64,000 nucleotides of DNA from the human T2T-CHM13v2.0 reference genome, Homo sapiens, in assembly GCF_009914755.1 (NCBI RefSeq), contig NC_060940.1, one strand, 5' to 3'. The notes beneath the pieces were generated by a model. That model did no database searches. It saw nothing but the letters and a program-made list of their open reading frames with translations, and was not told the origin of the DNA. Shown here in pieces: positions 13,357 through 28,794 of the stretch. The position numbers and the translations under genes are program-made. How positions within the stretch are numbered: the stretch's first letter is position 1; every line of letters starts with the position of its first letter.

Positions 13357-13979
13357 GAAAGAATTCCCTCCACCCTTTGTCCATTTCCCATGTCACCTAT
13401 TCCTCTTAAAGGTCAACTCAACAACATTTCCTAGATCATCATACCTAGACTATCAGTATCCTCAAAGTGAAGCCATGGTATATTCCAAGCTAATTTCAGA
13501 AGAAAGCTTAGTATATGTTAATGGCTCAAGAGGGTTTCTCTTTGGGGTAAATAAATAAATAAATAAATGGCCCTTTAAAAACGATGCTCTTTGATTTATT
13601 TTGTGCCATGAATTATTAGGTGCTCTGAATAAAAAATGAACTGAAACATGTCCCCAGCCCTAGTCTAAACCCAGTAGACTAGTACATACATATAGTGGAT
13701 GCTACATTATCTCGGGTTTGGAGATTGAGAAGCGCACAAATGGCAAGGATGAGACACCTTCAACTCCTCTAGTCTTCCAGCCAACATACCTCAAGAAGAC
13801 ATCTTCCAAATTTACCAGTAAATAACTTGTTTTTTCTCCCATCTTAATGGGGCGGTTTTTATTCCCACCTGTCATAATCAAGATATGTCAGATATATTTA
13901 CATTAAAAAATTGATTTTGAATCAAGTGAGCAAATATTAGCCCTGAAAATGTTGTATTTTTAGCAATAAAAACAAATTA

Positions 13980-14285
<306 letters not shown>

Positions 14286-15180
14286 AATAAAAACAAATTA
14301 ATGTGGACATTCCTTTGGTGAATGAGACAAATTCTACAGGGAAAACAGGGAGTTAAACGCTGCCCATGTCTCTACCATCTGCAATGTGCTTGCCTACTAT
14401 CCTAGCATGGTGCACAGCTGCATCCACCCCGCACAGAGCCTGCCTGCTAACATACAGTCCTGGAAAGCATCCTGTGCAGAAAACTTCCCCACAGGATTTA
14501 TGGGGAGCGATCTAATTATTCCACTCCATTCCACTCACTCCCATTATGCCCCCTATTTAAAGCCTCTATGGAAAAGGCCATTTATCTCCAGGGACAAATT
14601 GTCAGACCAGTGTTTTATGGATAGAAATACGCCCATTCTGTTTGGTAAAGCACCTGGCAAGATATAAACATATCTCCTTCTTAACAGGTCCAAGGAATTA
14701 GAGCCTCAGGGGTCCACATAATCCAGTGGGATCCCCTTACATTCAAGAAATGCTCACTACATTGGTTTGCTGAATGAGCATAGATTACTCCAGAACTCTC
14801 AACTTTAAACCATGCTCAGAGTATGGGAGAAGGATGAGCTACTAAGCTGGCTCAATTAGAGAAAGCCGTTCTTTACAACTGTAAGCTAACAGATGACAGA
14901 AGTCATCTTGAGCTGAGCAAGTGTCTTCTGCAACATGACCTGAGTGTGCCTACCCAGTTCTTCACACCCTAGAAACAGCCCTTTACAAGGATAGAACTCA
15001 AGTTCTGCCTCTCAGTGAAGTGGTCTATTCCTGGAGTCTCCTCTTCTTTTTGGGACATTTTGCTAAAAATTAAACCTTGAATATGTAACAACCCTATTTA
15101 TATGCAAACACATGTGGGTCCTTTGTAGCATAGAAGCATTAAATACATTTGTTTATTTCTTCCTACAAAGCCATGTTTTT

Positions 15181-15204
15181 ACACACACACACACACACAC
15201 ACAC
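15181..15204. repeat. (AC)12 microsatellite
   Basis: Direct reading. Confidence 0.95.
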
Positions 15205-15473
15205 CCTTGGAGCCTATGTATTTGCTTTGGTGTGTGTATAAGGGCTTATAAGAAATTTGGGTAAATGTAACCTTGTAGGGACTCATTGAAGATTAATAGA
15301 GATGGTGGTCATTGCTGTTGAAGAAAAAACATACTCAGAATCACAAGTGTTGATTTGTCTTCCTCATTGGGATAAGGTTGAAAGGGACTGTTCTCTCCAA
15401 GAAAAAAATGTCTCCATGAAAAAATTTCCAAATTAGCTTTGCAGGTATTTTCCATGCAACAGGTGTCACTTGC

Positions 15474-15584
15474 AATTTTCACCATAGGTTGACATGGCTG
15501 CCCTCCTCGTTTCATGGGAGATGTAAAAGAATTTGCACCATACTTTGACATGGCTGCCCTCCCAGCTTCATGGGAGATGTAAAA
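15474..15584. repeat. Diverged 56-bp tandem duplication
   Basis: CACCATA..TTGACATGGCTGCCCTCC....TTCATGGGAGATGTAAAA twice at a 56-bp period. Confidence 0.92.
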
Positions 15585-16353
15585 CAGCAGCAGCCCAAAG
15601 CCAGGCACCTCCTTAGAATTGAGTAGCACTTTGGTTTTTTTTTTTTTTTTTGAGCATGATCCCATTCGGACAATGTTACTACAAGGAATGAAACGACTAA
15701 TAATAATACTAAAAGTGTCAAGAGCAATACTGAAAAATGTCAGTATTTTTTCATTCAACCATGTCAGCAGCAAATCCAATCTGAAATATGCTGACAATAG
15801 TGGAGCTATGAAAACCAATATACTTGATGAGCCAGCCGTCCAATAAATTATACATGTGTACATATACATTTGTATGTACTTCACCCAGAAGTAAGAGACA
15901 GGGGTGAGGGGACTCTAGGAAGACATGTTACAGAATCAGTTAGTTTACACCCTACACTCTGTGCTCCTCAAATGAGGATTAAGCTTAATATTTTGTGGTG
16001 GGGCAGGCACCCCAGAGTGATCAAGGCACCCCAAGAAGGTCATGGTATCTTTCATCAGGACCTGAAATGCCATCGCAATTGGAAATCAGGACTAACATTA
16101 TCCACAGCTGCCTCCCACAGTATGAGAAAGAAAATGACTCAGGTGTGCTCTAGAGGCCATATGATTTCCTTATCCCAAAATGTTGACTGTAGAACATTTT
16201 TAGACTTTAAAAGAAACTCACAACCTTTCTTATCTTTCCTTTAACTGCTCATTAGAGATATTTTTTTTTCAATATGGATGATCGAAAAGAAGAAAATAAA
16301 AATTGTCCATCATCCCACCATCCAAAGATTTCAACTAAGATTTTGGTATGTAT

Positions 16354-16355
<2 letters not shown>

Positions 16356-16407
<52 letters not shown>
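16356..16407. repeat. (GT)~25 microsatellite
   Basis: Direct reading. Confidence 0.97.
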
Positions 16408-16408
<1 letters not shown>

Positions 16409-17289
16409 TTTGCTGTGTGACTACTCAGCTAACTAGCAAAGAGAAAGAGCTCATGACTTCCAAATCACTTCTCTCCCTAAAGCTTCTCAATTAGCTATAA
16501 TATTAGAGAGCCTGGGACACCTGAGTTTCTTCCTCGTGTCTCATCAGTCCTGAGAAGGCATGTGTCTCTCTGTGCATGGTTGGGGACAAGGACAAGTGGA
16601 TTTTTCAGTCACTCTCTATTACCAAAAGAAGACTACTTTGCCAACGTCAGAAACCATGTGGCCCTCAGAGACAGAGTGTTTTTATTTCATGAGGAGTCAT
16701 TTTTATATGTTTGATTATTTAACAGCATAGGAAAATATTTACAATTTACAATGAGGTGAAAAACAAGTTTGCCAAACAGATGCCAACTTGACTTAACTAC
16801 GTGAACCAAAATATCAGTGACGACCAGCTCATGGAGGTGGAAGAGGTGAAAGTCTACTCTTTGTGCATTTCTGTATTTTCCAGAGTTCAACAATAAGCAT
16901 GAATTGTCCTTTTACATAAAAAAGTGGTAATAATGGTAAAAATAATAGGCATGTTTTTTGTTGTTAGGTTGTTTGTTGTTACGTTTAGTGTGTTGGCTAA
17001 AAAATGTATCATGAAGTACGTAATGTAACCCTTTGCATTTGCCAAAGGTCAAAAGGGAGATGTCACCCTTTCCTTTCTTGGGACTTGTCTAGGGTTAGAA
17101 TCACTGAGAAAAGTTTCTCCCTGAGGAGGTCTCACTGTTCAGAGATTTCTGCAGAGATGCTAAACAAGCTACAGGAAAATGCAGGGAAAGATGTACTTTT
17201 CATTTGTTTTGGTTACTTAAACATATATATTACTTCTTTTTTCTTTCCCAGATTTCCTGGGAAGAAAATGAGTTGTGGAACATTTTAAA

Positions 17290-17475
17290 CAGCAGTTACC
17301 ATTTACTGAGCTAAGTGCTTCATGTATGCAATCTCATCTATCTCCATTACTCAGTAAGGTAGGCACCATTCTTCTTTCCAACATTTAGGATAGAAGACAA
17401 GGAGCAGTTGATCAGAGGCAGAGCTGGGGTCAACTACAGATTTGTCTCACATAAAAGTTCATCCTCTTAACCACG
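17290..17475 (-). mobile_element. MIR SINE
   Basis: CCATTTACTGAG..AATCTCATCTA..AGGTAGGCACCATT..GGCAGAGCTGGGGTCAA..TCTTAACCAC. Confidence 0.65.
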
Positions 17476-17689
17476 ATGACATACATACATAATTAGAAGA
17501 AAGCAAAAAACAAAAGATACAAGAATCCTGATTCCATTTTGGCATATATTCTTTCAGTCCTTTTTCCTACCTCCCATGTGAAAGGCTTTGTTCTAGGGGC
17601 TGGGGTGACTGCAGCGATCACAACATTAAAAATGCTGCCCTTGTGGAGCCCACATGCTCTGGGAGAGTCGTATTATGTACCAAGTACTA

Positions 17690-19205
<1,516 letters not shown>

Positions 19206-19509
19206 TCCAAACTTGTAGTAATCTGAGTCTCCCTGGCTGCCTTCTACTGATGTACTTATAGGCACATGGCAGAAAGGATGTGAAATTTGGTACCAAAAAC
19301 ACATGTATTTGTGAACTTTTTGAACTTTTGGTTTGTTGTCTATAAAGTAGGCATAACAGTAACTGTTTAGTAACTTTTATAAAAATTAGAGCTTATGTGT
19401 GTTTTGTTTATCTGTGTTGAATGTCATTCATCACTTTTTGAATGCAGATGGCTGTAGGATTTTGTAAGAACACTCACATGATACTTTCTTAGAGGTGATA
19501 TATTTACTT

Positions 19510-19927
19510 AAGTAGGTTAGTTACTATACAAACAGCCTCCAAATTTCAGTGGGTTAACACAATAAAATGCATTTTTTGCTTATAACCAGTCTATTGTGAG
19601 TATTTCTGCTCAGCTGTCTCTCTACGGCAGCTCTCCTCCAAGGGACAACTTGGGAACCCAGTCTCCTTTACCCGATGGCTCCATACTTGTCTGCATCCTC
19701 GGGCCATGTCAGCTCAGCCAGCAGATGGGAAAGAAAGACCATGGAGTATTGCCTAGGAAGCCCTCACGCGCCAGGCCAAAAAGGCTCTTTGTCATCTCCC
19801 CTCTCTTCTGCTGGCTTGAACACACTCACATGGTACGTCTAACTGCAGAGGATTCTGGGAAATATCTCCTGGTGATGTGCCTGGGAGAAGAACTAGTTTT
19901 GTTAAGTAGGGAGCAGTCTCTGCCATA
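19510..19927 (-). mobile_element. MLT1K/J-like LTR
   Basis: AACAGCCTCCAAATTTCAGTGGGTTAACACAATAAAA..TCACATGG..AACTGCAGAGG..CTGGGAAAT..AGTCTCTGCCATA. Confidence 0.7.
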
Positions 19928-20429
19928 CGTACTATTTGGAGAAATGGGAGAGGGCGCTCATGTCCATGTGGTTACTGTTTGGAGAGAGGAGAGAGACCAC
20001 ATGTGCCCATGTGGTTGGTCTGAAAACAGTCCAGGAAAATGGAGAGGATCCCTATGTAAGCGAGACCCATCCTCCTATGCCAGTTTTCCACTTCCTTTTC
20101 TTCATGAACTGGGTGACCTATGGTTTATTTTTAGCAAAACCAGCCCTACCATGATTTTTTGGATTGTTTTTTAACCCTGTCTAATAGGAGGTTGGAGGAC
20201 AACAGGGCAGAAGCCCAGTGTATTGCTCCAGTTTATGAGAAGGCACCTGCCACCCATTCCAGGAGTTTCCCTGCAAATGGAGTCTCTACTTTCTCCACAA
20301 CCAAAGTGCCACTGGCTCTCTCTGTTTTCCCCGCCTCCCCTCGCCTATCTGGGCCCATCAGCAATTCCTCCCCATGGGAATTCTCTGGCTTACCTCAGTT
20401 TTGGAAAAGTGATACCGATAATAATGGCC

Positions 20430-20660
20430 ACAATGGCTAACCGTTGCTGATTCCTTATGCCATACCAGGCACCGTGCAAACATACTCTGCACTGATTTCA
20501 TTTCTTCCCACCAGTTCTATGAGGGAGGCACTTTTATTACTCCCATTTTTAGGTGAGGAAACTGAGGTCTAACCCAACAGGATGAGTAACCTACTTAAGT
20601 CCACCAATTGGTAGTAGACAAGATTTGAACACTAGGTCCAATCTGCCTGCAGACTCCTCA
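20430..20660 (-). mobile_element. MIR SINE
   Basis: CTATGAGGGAGGCACTTTTATTACTCCCATTTTTAGGTGAGGAAACTGAGG. Confidence 0.85.
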
Positions 20661-20802
20661 ATATGAATGACTACAGCAACGAGTTTAGAAGTGCTCCCCA
20701 TTGCTCTGAGTTTAATGTCTAAACTTCTTACCCCACCTAACAATTCCCTCCTCATCTGGTCTCTGATTTTCTTTCTGGACTCACCTCTTGCCAAGGGTGT
20801 TC

Positions 20803-20932
20803 ACACACATATATGCACATATACATGTGCACAAACATGCACACACACACAAATACATTTGTACATGTGCAAACATACATGTTCACACACATGTATACAA
20901 ACACACTCACATATAGATGTGCACCTACACAC
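20803..20932. repeat. Degenerate CA/TA/TG alternating tract
   Basis: Direct reading. Confidence 0.85.
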
Positions 20933-21024
20933 AAAGGGAATTTCGTCCACTTGGGCCATGTTAACATTTCATTTCCTCTTGTGACCCATGCTCTCTGGCC
21001 TTTGGACCTATACCTACACATACA

Positions 21025-21620
21025 TATTGGGCACCTACTAAATGCCAGGCACTCTGCTAGGTGCTAGGGATGTCAAAGTAAACAGGACAAGTCAATAATT
21101 TGCCTTTATAAAGTCTGTATTTTTACGGGGGAAATAGGTAATAAACAAATGAAATAGAAGTTCGTATTTTGGGGTATTGCTTAGCATTATGAAGTTACAT
21201 AAATCAGGATAGGGGATTAGAGGGTGGTAAAGGATGGGCCTGTTTTAATCAGGGTGCTCAGAGAAGGCCCACTCTAGGGAGTGAATATTTCAGTCAATGG
21301 GAATCTCCACTGCAATAAGAATGGTGGCCCCATAAAGCTGGGGAAGAAAACCCAGCCGAGGCAGAAGGAAAAGCAAATGCAAAGGCTTGAGGTGGAGATG
21401 AGCTTGGCCTGTTTATGGAACAGAGATCAGGCCCATGTAGCTGGAAAGAAAAGAGCAAAGCAGAAGTGGTTGCAGATGGGTCCGGGTCACATAGAGCCAT
21501 GAAAGCTATGGTAGGAGTTGGGCTTTCACCCCCACACACCATGGTAGGTACTGGATGGTTTTAAGTCACATAATGACATGACCTGATTTACATTTTAATA
21601 AGATCACTCTTGCTGCTCTT
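21025..21620 (-). mobile_element. L2 LINE 3' fragment
   Basis: ATTGGGCACCTACTAAATGCCAGGCACTCTGCTAGGTGCTAGGGAT..GCAAATGCAAAGGCTTGAGG..AAGATCACTCTTGCTGCT. Confidence 0.88.
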
Positions 21621-23375
21621 TTTAAATGCCAGCTTACCTTGATGCCCTGAAAGTTTCCCTTCCAGCCCTGTTTTAAGATAGCATAAACACACAATGACAA
21701 TTTGATTTTAAAATTCCATGTCTCATATAAACTGTGGCAAACCTGTGCTATAGATGACAACAATATAATCCAGCCACCACAGCAAACAGATGCACTAGTC
21801 CTGAGTATATTTTGGAAATTGGAAATGAGCATTTTGTAAGGGTCTGAGTGGGACTAAGTTTGGCATCCAGTCTCTAGGTCAAGTCAAACCCTGCTGGACC
21901 TGTTTTAAGTCAGAGCAGGTGAGCCCATTTGACACCTAGGTTGGCATTGGACGTGTAAATAGGTAAATTTCTCAAAAACTTTAAGCCACTTTTTAAAAAT
22001 CTCTTAAAAATTTGTTTATAACATTTTAAAAAAACATGCATCGACTTTTTTTTTTCTTGAGGTAGTAGATCCCCCTGTGAACTGTGAAACATGGCTTCTT
22101 TCTAATTTAGTTGTTTTTTGCAGGTGTGGTGTTCTTTGATGCACCATCCCACCCTAAAACAAATGGAAACTGACACTGCTTCTGTAAGAAGAGTGTTAGG
22201 AGACAAAACCCTGGAAAGAGCTGAGGCTTGCAAAAAAAAAAAATACGGACGATAAAAAGGGCTTTTTGAGCTATGTTTGGACGGAGAAGGAAAAGGAAGG
22301 GATCGGGAGCAGATGATGCAACTCGAACAGATGACAGTAAGAAAGCAGAAGTTCTCCACTCTTATTTTGCTTCTACCTTCTCCCTTGAGGAACAAGGTCT
22401 TAAGGCTGGAAAGAATCAATCATGCATTGTGCAGAACAAATTTAAACATTAATTTTGGAATAGGAGTACAGGGCTTTTGCAGACACCAGGGATAATGACT
22501 CAGATGACTCCAGAGGCCAGACAGGTAAATGCAAGCATGAAGTGTGCGTAGATCTGACTGTGTAGAGATAACTGAGAGGACCGAGGGAGTAGGGGCCTGA
22601 GGACCTCAGCTACTGCCCACTCTAGCCCACCACAGTAGCCGTGAAGACATAGAGAATGTTGTCCAAGAATATATGATGGGCTGTCCAAAGATTGGACAAT
22701 GCTGTCCAATCTTTGATTCTTTTTCAACACAAGTCAACACCTTGAATGATTTCATGCTTGCCCTGCCCAGATTTTTAAATGTCAGTAAGGAACTCAGAAT
22801 TTTTCGAAATGCTGTACAGACCCAAAGAACACCTGTCTGCAGAGTAGACTCAGCCCAAGGCTGCCATTTTGGAAATTCTGCTCAAAATAAATTCAGCTCT
22901 TCAGGGTACCTGGCAAATGACATAACTGAAAACCATGACAACTGGTAGTAGAAAACAAGCTACACCATGGGTCAGAGGGGACTGCTGTTCAAGGTTTCTG
23001 AGAGGGTCAAGGTCGATTCCCAAAATTAGACACGTCCCTGACCCTGATTCCAGAAAATTCCAGGACAGGTTACAGCAGATGGCGAATATGACAAGAAAGT
23101 AAGTCATGGGACCTGTTTCCCACCATGGCTTGTGTAAGATTAAGTACTTTTAAAAAGGGCCACTAGACTAGAAGTTCAAGGAGATGATACAGAAATGACC
23201 TCAAAAGAATGTGACAGTATCTCAGCAATGAGAAATGTGGCTGAGTATATAGTCATTTTAGATGAACTTCTAGGTGGATAGTCATCCAGATCTCAAACAT
23301 GTTGGTTAATGGACCAACAGCCACCAGGGAGAAGGTCCTGAGCAACCATCCTATGAGGGTTCAACATTTTAAGAA

Positions 23376-23510
23376 TAGTTGTCCCTGGGTATCTATGGGG
23401 AATTGGTTCCAGGGCTCCCCTCAATGCTGACAATACCAAAATCCATGGATGCTCAAATCCTTTATATGAAATGGCAACTTGGAACCCATGGATACAGAGG
23501 GCCAACTGTA
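23376..23510. mobile_element. Internally deleted MER2 (Tigger-type MITE)
   Basis: TIRs AGTTGTCCCTGGGTATC / GATACAGAGGGCCAACTGTA; ATACCAAAATCCATGGATGCTCAA. Confidence 0.8.
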
Positions 23511-23571
23511 TTTTCATTACCTTTCTGGATGAAGAACTGATGGCAGAGTAGGTCTTAAAAACATATTTAAG

Positions 23572-23893
23572 GGCAGGGCGTGGTGGCTTATGCCTGTAAT
23601 CCCAGCACTTTGGGAGGCTGAGGCGGGCAGATCGCTTGAGCCCAGGAGTTTGAGACAAGACTGGGCAACATGGCAAGACCAGTCTCTACAAAAAATACAA
23701 AAAATTAATTGGGTGTGGTGATGTGTGCCTGTAGTCCCGGCTACTCGGGAGGCTGAGCTGGGAGGATCTCTTGAGCCCCAGAGGTGGAGTTGCAGTGAGC
23801 CATGATCCCGTGATCGCACCACCACACTCCAGCCCAGGTGACAGAGCGAGACCCTGTTTCAAAAACAAACACAAAAATAAAAATAAAGAAAAG
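23572..23893 (+). mobile_element. AluJ (Jb-like)
   Basis: GATCGCTTGAGCCCAGGAGTTTGAGAC, right arm GGGAGGATC. Confidence 0.9.
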
Positions 23894-23949
23894 AAACATA
23901 CTTGTAAACACATATTATTATTTTTTTAAATCAGACTGATCTGTGTGTA

Positions 23950-24165
23950 TGTTTCACCTTCACCATCATGAGCTTTGTGTCCTTGGCTGCATTACTTAAT
24001 CTCTCTGACCTTCAATATCCTCTCCAGCAAAGAGGGAGCTGTAGTAGGGTCTATCTCCAATAGGTATTGTGAGGAATAAATGGGGTGGTACAGGAAAAGA
24101 GCTTCATATGTCACCTCCCTTGGGAAAAGTGCCTAATATATGTCAGCAGGCTTAATGATCATTGT
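23950..24165 (+). mobile_element. MIR SINE
   Basis: TGTGTCCTTGG..TTACTTAATCTCTCTGACCTTCAAT..TATTGTGAGGAATAAATG. Confidence 0.7.
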
Positions 24166-25269
24166 TATTATGATTATGATGGATACATTTGCAAATATTA
24201 AATCTTTTTGCAGATCTCTTGGGCTTGGCAAACTTGTATTCATCTGTAATTCCTTCATTGTTGAATAAAAGGATGAATGAATGAATGAGTGACTCTGTTA
24301 CCCACAGTGAGAATTTCAAGCTTAGAAGATAAAGTAACAGGGCTGGACAGTTTTTCTCGCTTTTAGGGATCTCCAGACAAGTCCAGCCTTACTACCTGGC
24401 CTTCTACAATCACTGATGAAACACAGGGTTACTTTCCCTGAATCAATGAGGCTCGGAATTCCTCTGGACCTCACTCCCTCTAGACCCACCCTCTCAGACT
24501 TGTCTCAGCACAGGTAACTGAAGGGCACCTGGCAGGCTGCAGGGTGACATGCTCTGAAATCTGTGTGAATGAAGGATGACTCATGGGTTTAAATGATGTC
24601 CATTAATGCCATCCTGAAAATGAAATTGCCTCACTCTCAGTAATGGTGTTCTTCAGGTTTCATCTTGGCAGACTGGTTAGGGCTTTGTGTTGAAACGAGC
24701 AAAGAAAATATTCAAGCATCTTGAGTAGCAGTCCTGGGATTAAATAATAGAAAGAATCCTGAATTAGATCCACCGTCTTATACTCATCAAGGAGATCCCG
24801 GAGGCAAACTTTGGATCTTCCTCAGGTTGGCACCTTCAGCTGCATGATGCTGTCTACACACCTGGTGGTCAGCAAAGATTTTTGGAATGCATGTACTGAT
24901 TTTCAAATGTTCTGCACATAAATAATGTGTGTGATGCTTGACAGCAAAAACCTTAAGAGAAGACTGTGTGTGTTGAATTATTTGGAATCTTAGAAGACCA
25001 CCTAATGTGGTACCTTTTATGCCATGGGGAATAATTATCTCATGCAACAGACACCGGGTATTTAAGATCCATTATTACTCATGTTCATCTTTTCCCCTGC
25101 CCGCGACACCAAAGTGATAGCTGCAGTGTTCCATATGGACACGGATCTGTGGCTTTTACCAGTGTGGAAGAGGGGACCACGGAGGAATCAGGTTTCCAGA
25201 GGGGAACAGAATCTTGGAGCTTGAGGCCTGCCTAATTCAGTCTCTGCTATTCCTACATTCACTCCTGGC

Positions 25270-25640
25270 CGCCTCCAAGCCATGCCCCTAAGCTGAAACT
25301 GGAAAGATCTTTTCAATATTAGAATATGATCTTGTTGTCACCCCTGTTTAAAACATTATTTTGTCTTTCCATTGGGCCCAGGATGCTGATCAAACCCCTT
25401 ACAGTGGCCTCCAAGGGTCCCTCCCAAATTCATCATTCCCTTCTTACTTGTTCCTCCCTCCTTCAAATTCCAGCTCAATTTCATTAGGGGGTCCTCTCTG
25501 ACCTCCCCAGTTAAATAAAACACCCCTATTACAGTCTCTCACTGCCTCAATCATACAGTCACCCTTACATGTGTACTGCCTCACACCCTTCTAGATGGGA
25601 ATCTGCAAGGGGGCAGGCACGCAGCTGCTTTGCTCTCCAA
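25270..25640 (+). mobile_element. L2 LINE fragments
   Basis: GATCTTTTCAATATTAGAATATGATCTTG..CCCTGTTTAAAAC..CAAACCCCTTACAGTGGCCTCCAAGG. Confidence 0.65.
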
Positions 25641-25644
25641 TGGC

Positions 25645-25840
25645 ATGCATTGAGTGCTTATTGTATATCAGGTACTGTGCTGGGTGTTTTGCAGGCATGA
25701 AAGAATCTCCCTTATTGCAGGCAGTGATCTTATGAATTAGGAAACTGAGGCATAGAGAAATCGAGTAATTTGTCCGAAACCATACAGTGTGTAAGTAGGA
25801 TGTGAACCCAGGTGATTCCAGAGCTCGTGCCCTTAACCTC
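25645..25840 (-). mobile_element. MIR SINE
   Basis: ATTGAGTGCTTATTGTATATCAGGTACTGTGC..AGGAAACTGAGGCATAGAGAA..TGAACCCAGG. Confidence 0.8.
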
Positions 25841-25845
25841 CAAGT

Positions 25846-26033
25846 CAGTGGTTCTCAGAATGGGGTCCCTGAGAGCAGCAGCATCAACATTACTTGGGCC
25901 TTGATAGAAATGCAGATTCTCAGGGCCCACCCTGGACCTCGTGAATCGGAAACTCTGGGGCTGGGGCCCTGCAGTCTGCGTCCTAACAAGCCCCCCAGTG
26001 ATGCCAGTGTATGCTCAAGTTTGTGAACCACTG
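25846..26033. mobile_element. MER5A (hAT-Charlie MITE) full length
   Basis: TIRs CAGTGGTTCTCA / TGTGAACCACTG; AGAAATGCAGATTCTCAGGGCCC; 8-bp TSD CTCCAAGT/CTCTAAGT. Confidence 0.92.
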
Positions 26034-27370
26034 CTCTAAGTGTTATTCCCTTCTTGTTATAGCTCCACATACTAGGCACTTAATAAATGTTTAAATATGG
26101 AGGGGAGGAAGGGAGAGGGGGAGAAAGGATGCAGGCAGGCAAACCTCCTCTCAAATAATATTCTCAAGTAAGTGCATGATGCTTTGGGGGTGGTGGTGGT
26201 GGGGGGGTGGTTGTGGCTTGACCATGCTTTAATCTCCAAATTGCAAAAACATTAACATTATTGATTGATCAGACATCAATCCAACAGAAATTTAATTAAA
26301 TTAGAATGTGTCACTGAGCAGACCTGGGTGCATCATGCATAAATCTCAGGTAATAAGTTGACAAAGAGACAGCAGCCATTGGTGCCTGGGTTGGCTGAAT
26401 TTATTCTCCGCCATTTTCTCTTCCCGGGCTGCAGAGGGCCCTGCACATACTCACGAGAAGGTACAGGTGAAATGGGGTGAGCTCCTGATTTATGACACCC
26501 ACGGAGTCCCCAGCAGCCCAGGAGTCCAAGAAGTGCCTTCCCCTGTGTGATTTACTGCTGCCCTGGGCCGGCCAGACGGCACTGGGGGGATGCCCCTGCC
26601 TGTGTCCAGCCCTCAACTAAAATGCTGACTCTGCTTAGATCTCCTGGGTGAGAGGATTAGCACTTGGGGTGTCCTCATGGCAAATGTGTCCTCTGGAGGG
26701 AGCCAAGTCCGTGGAGGGTGGGAGACCTGCTCTTGTTTGGCCCGTCTGCTCTTGCCTCAAGAATGTATTTTGGTGTCAGTGAACGACTGCACCTGCTGTC
26801 CCAGAAACAGGTCTGGAGCAGCCCCAGCATGCTGCAGCCTCAGGGCAAACCTGGCCTTAACCTGCTCAGCCCCAGCTCACCCTGGGCAGGCCAGGGGTGT
26901 TGGCATTGAGGGGCAGTCAGAGTCTGCCAGGATGGTGCAGACAGTGGTAACGTGGCCCCCATGCCTGGGAAGATTCAAATCCTTTGGGGTAGAGGAAGGG
27001 GGTGGCTGAGGATAAGATAATCCAGGGGGCAGAAAAGAAACCAGAGAAGCCAGAGAAGCTCCATGGAGCATTATAAATCACCCGGGCTATTCTTGTCCTT
27101 GGTCAGGAAGGCTACATGCAGGAGACCCTTCTAATGGCGACCTCTTGTACTTAATCCTCCTGCTTGCTTTGATTGCCTTCAATCAATCGTGGGCTCACAC
27201 TTCCTTTTTAATAGCCATCTTCCATATAAAGAGTGATGTTGTTTGACAAGCAGATGTTTTGTAGAGGCTACAAGCTGTCCTTATGCTAGCAGGCATTTAT
27301 TCCTTAGCCACCCCACACCCAATCATGTGTCCCAAGTGCCCAAGGGCCCAACTCATGCGTTCCTCTAAAG

Positions 27371-27590
27371 CAGAGGTTGCAAACTGGAGCCCTGCAAGCC
27401 CCATCCAGCCCACTGCCCATTTTTGTAAATACAGTTTTATTGGAACATAGCCATGACCGTTCATTTACATTGTATATGGCTGCTTTCATTCCTCAATGGC
27501 AGAGTTGAGCGGTTGCAACAGACAGTCTGGACCACAAAGCCAAAAATATTTAATATCTGTCCCTTTACAGAAAAAGTTTGCTGATTCTTA
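27371..27590. mobile_element. MER58A
   Basis: CAGAGGTTGCAAACT..TTTTGTAAATACAGTTTTATTGGAAC..CCCTTTACAGAAAAAGTTTGCTGA. Confidence 0.9.
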
Positions 27591-27599
27591 CACTAAATA

Positions 27600-28155
<556 letters not shown>

Positions 28156-28794
28156 TACAGGGTCTCATTTAAACTCATAAACCACCTCATGACAGGGCAC
28201 ATTTTGTTCCCATTTTACAGACATAAGTTATCTTAAGTTTAGAAAAGTGAATAAGGATGGGAACATATAATCTCTACCTCGCTCAGAAACGTGCGGTCTG
28301 CTCCTTCTGCTCGCCATCCTCCAGGCTCTCAGGCCATGTCAGGCATTTGTAAAGAAAGACATTTCATCACAAGACCAACACTGGCATTTTTCCGGGATGT
28401 GCTTACATTTGGAACATGAAGAATGTCCCAATAGATCACATGAGCGGCGGAGATAGGAACTCTGGTTCTGAGGAAGTGGGAACTTCCTTGAAATGTCCCT
28501 TTCCTTTGTCCTCTGAACCCCAACACTTGCCCTGCTCGGATCCTTGCCAATGAGGACGCCCATCCGCCCTTTCCTGGCAAAGTTAGGGGATGGGTCCAGG
28601 GCAGGTCATGTTACTGAGCCCCCCCAGGGGCTCAGCTCAGAGGGCCCAGGGGACCAGGATGGCAACTAGGGCATGGCAGAAAGAGCTGCCCACTCCACTG
28701 TGGGCTAGAGAAACAGCTAGGGAAGCAAAAGGCCATGTACCAGCCCCCACCACAAGTTCCTGGAGGGCAGGTCCATATCTTCCAATGCAAATAC

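Noticed and set aside
15474-15584. CRISPR-like repeat-spacer reading of this duplication or the minisatellite
   Set aside because: Primate DNA, contiguous tandem units without unique spacers, no cas genes
15309-15884. 191-aa minus-strand ORF
   Set aside because: Crosses a poly(T) run and the 56-bp duplication; no recognisable homology
19596-20174. 192-aa ORF
   Set aside because: Starts inside an MLT1 LTR, non-ATG start, no recognisable domain
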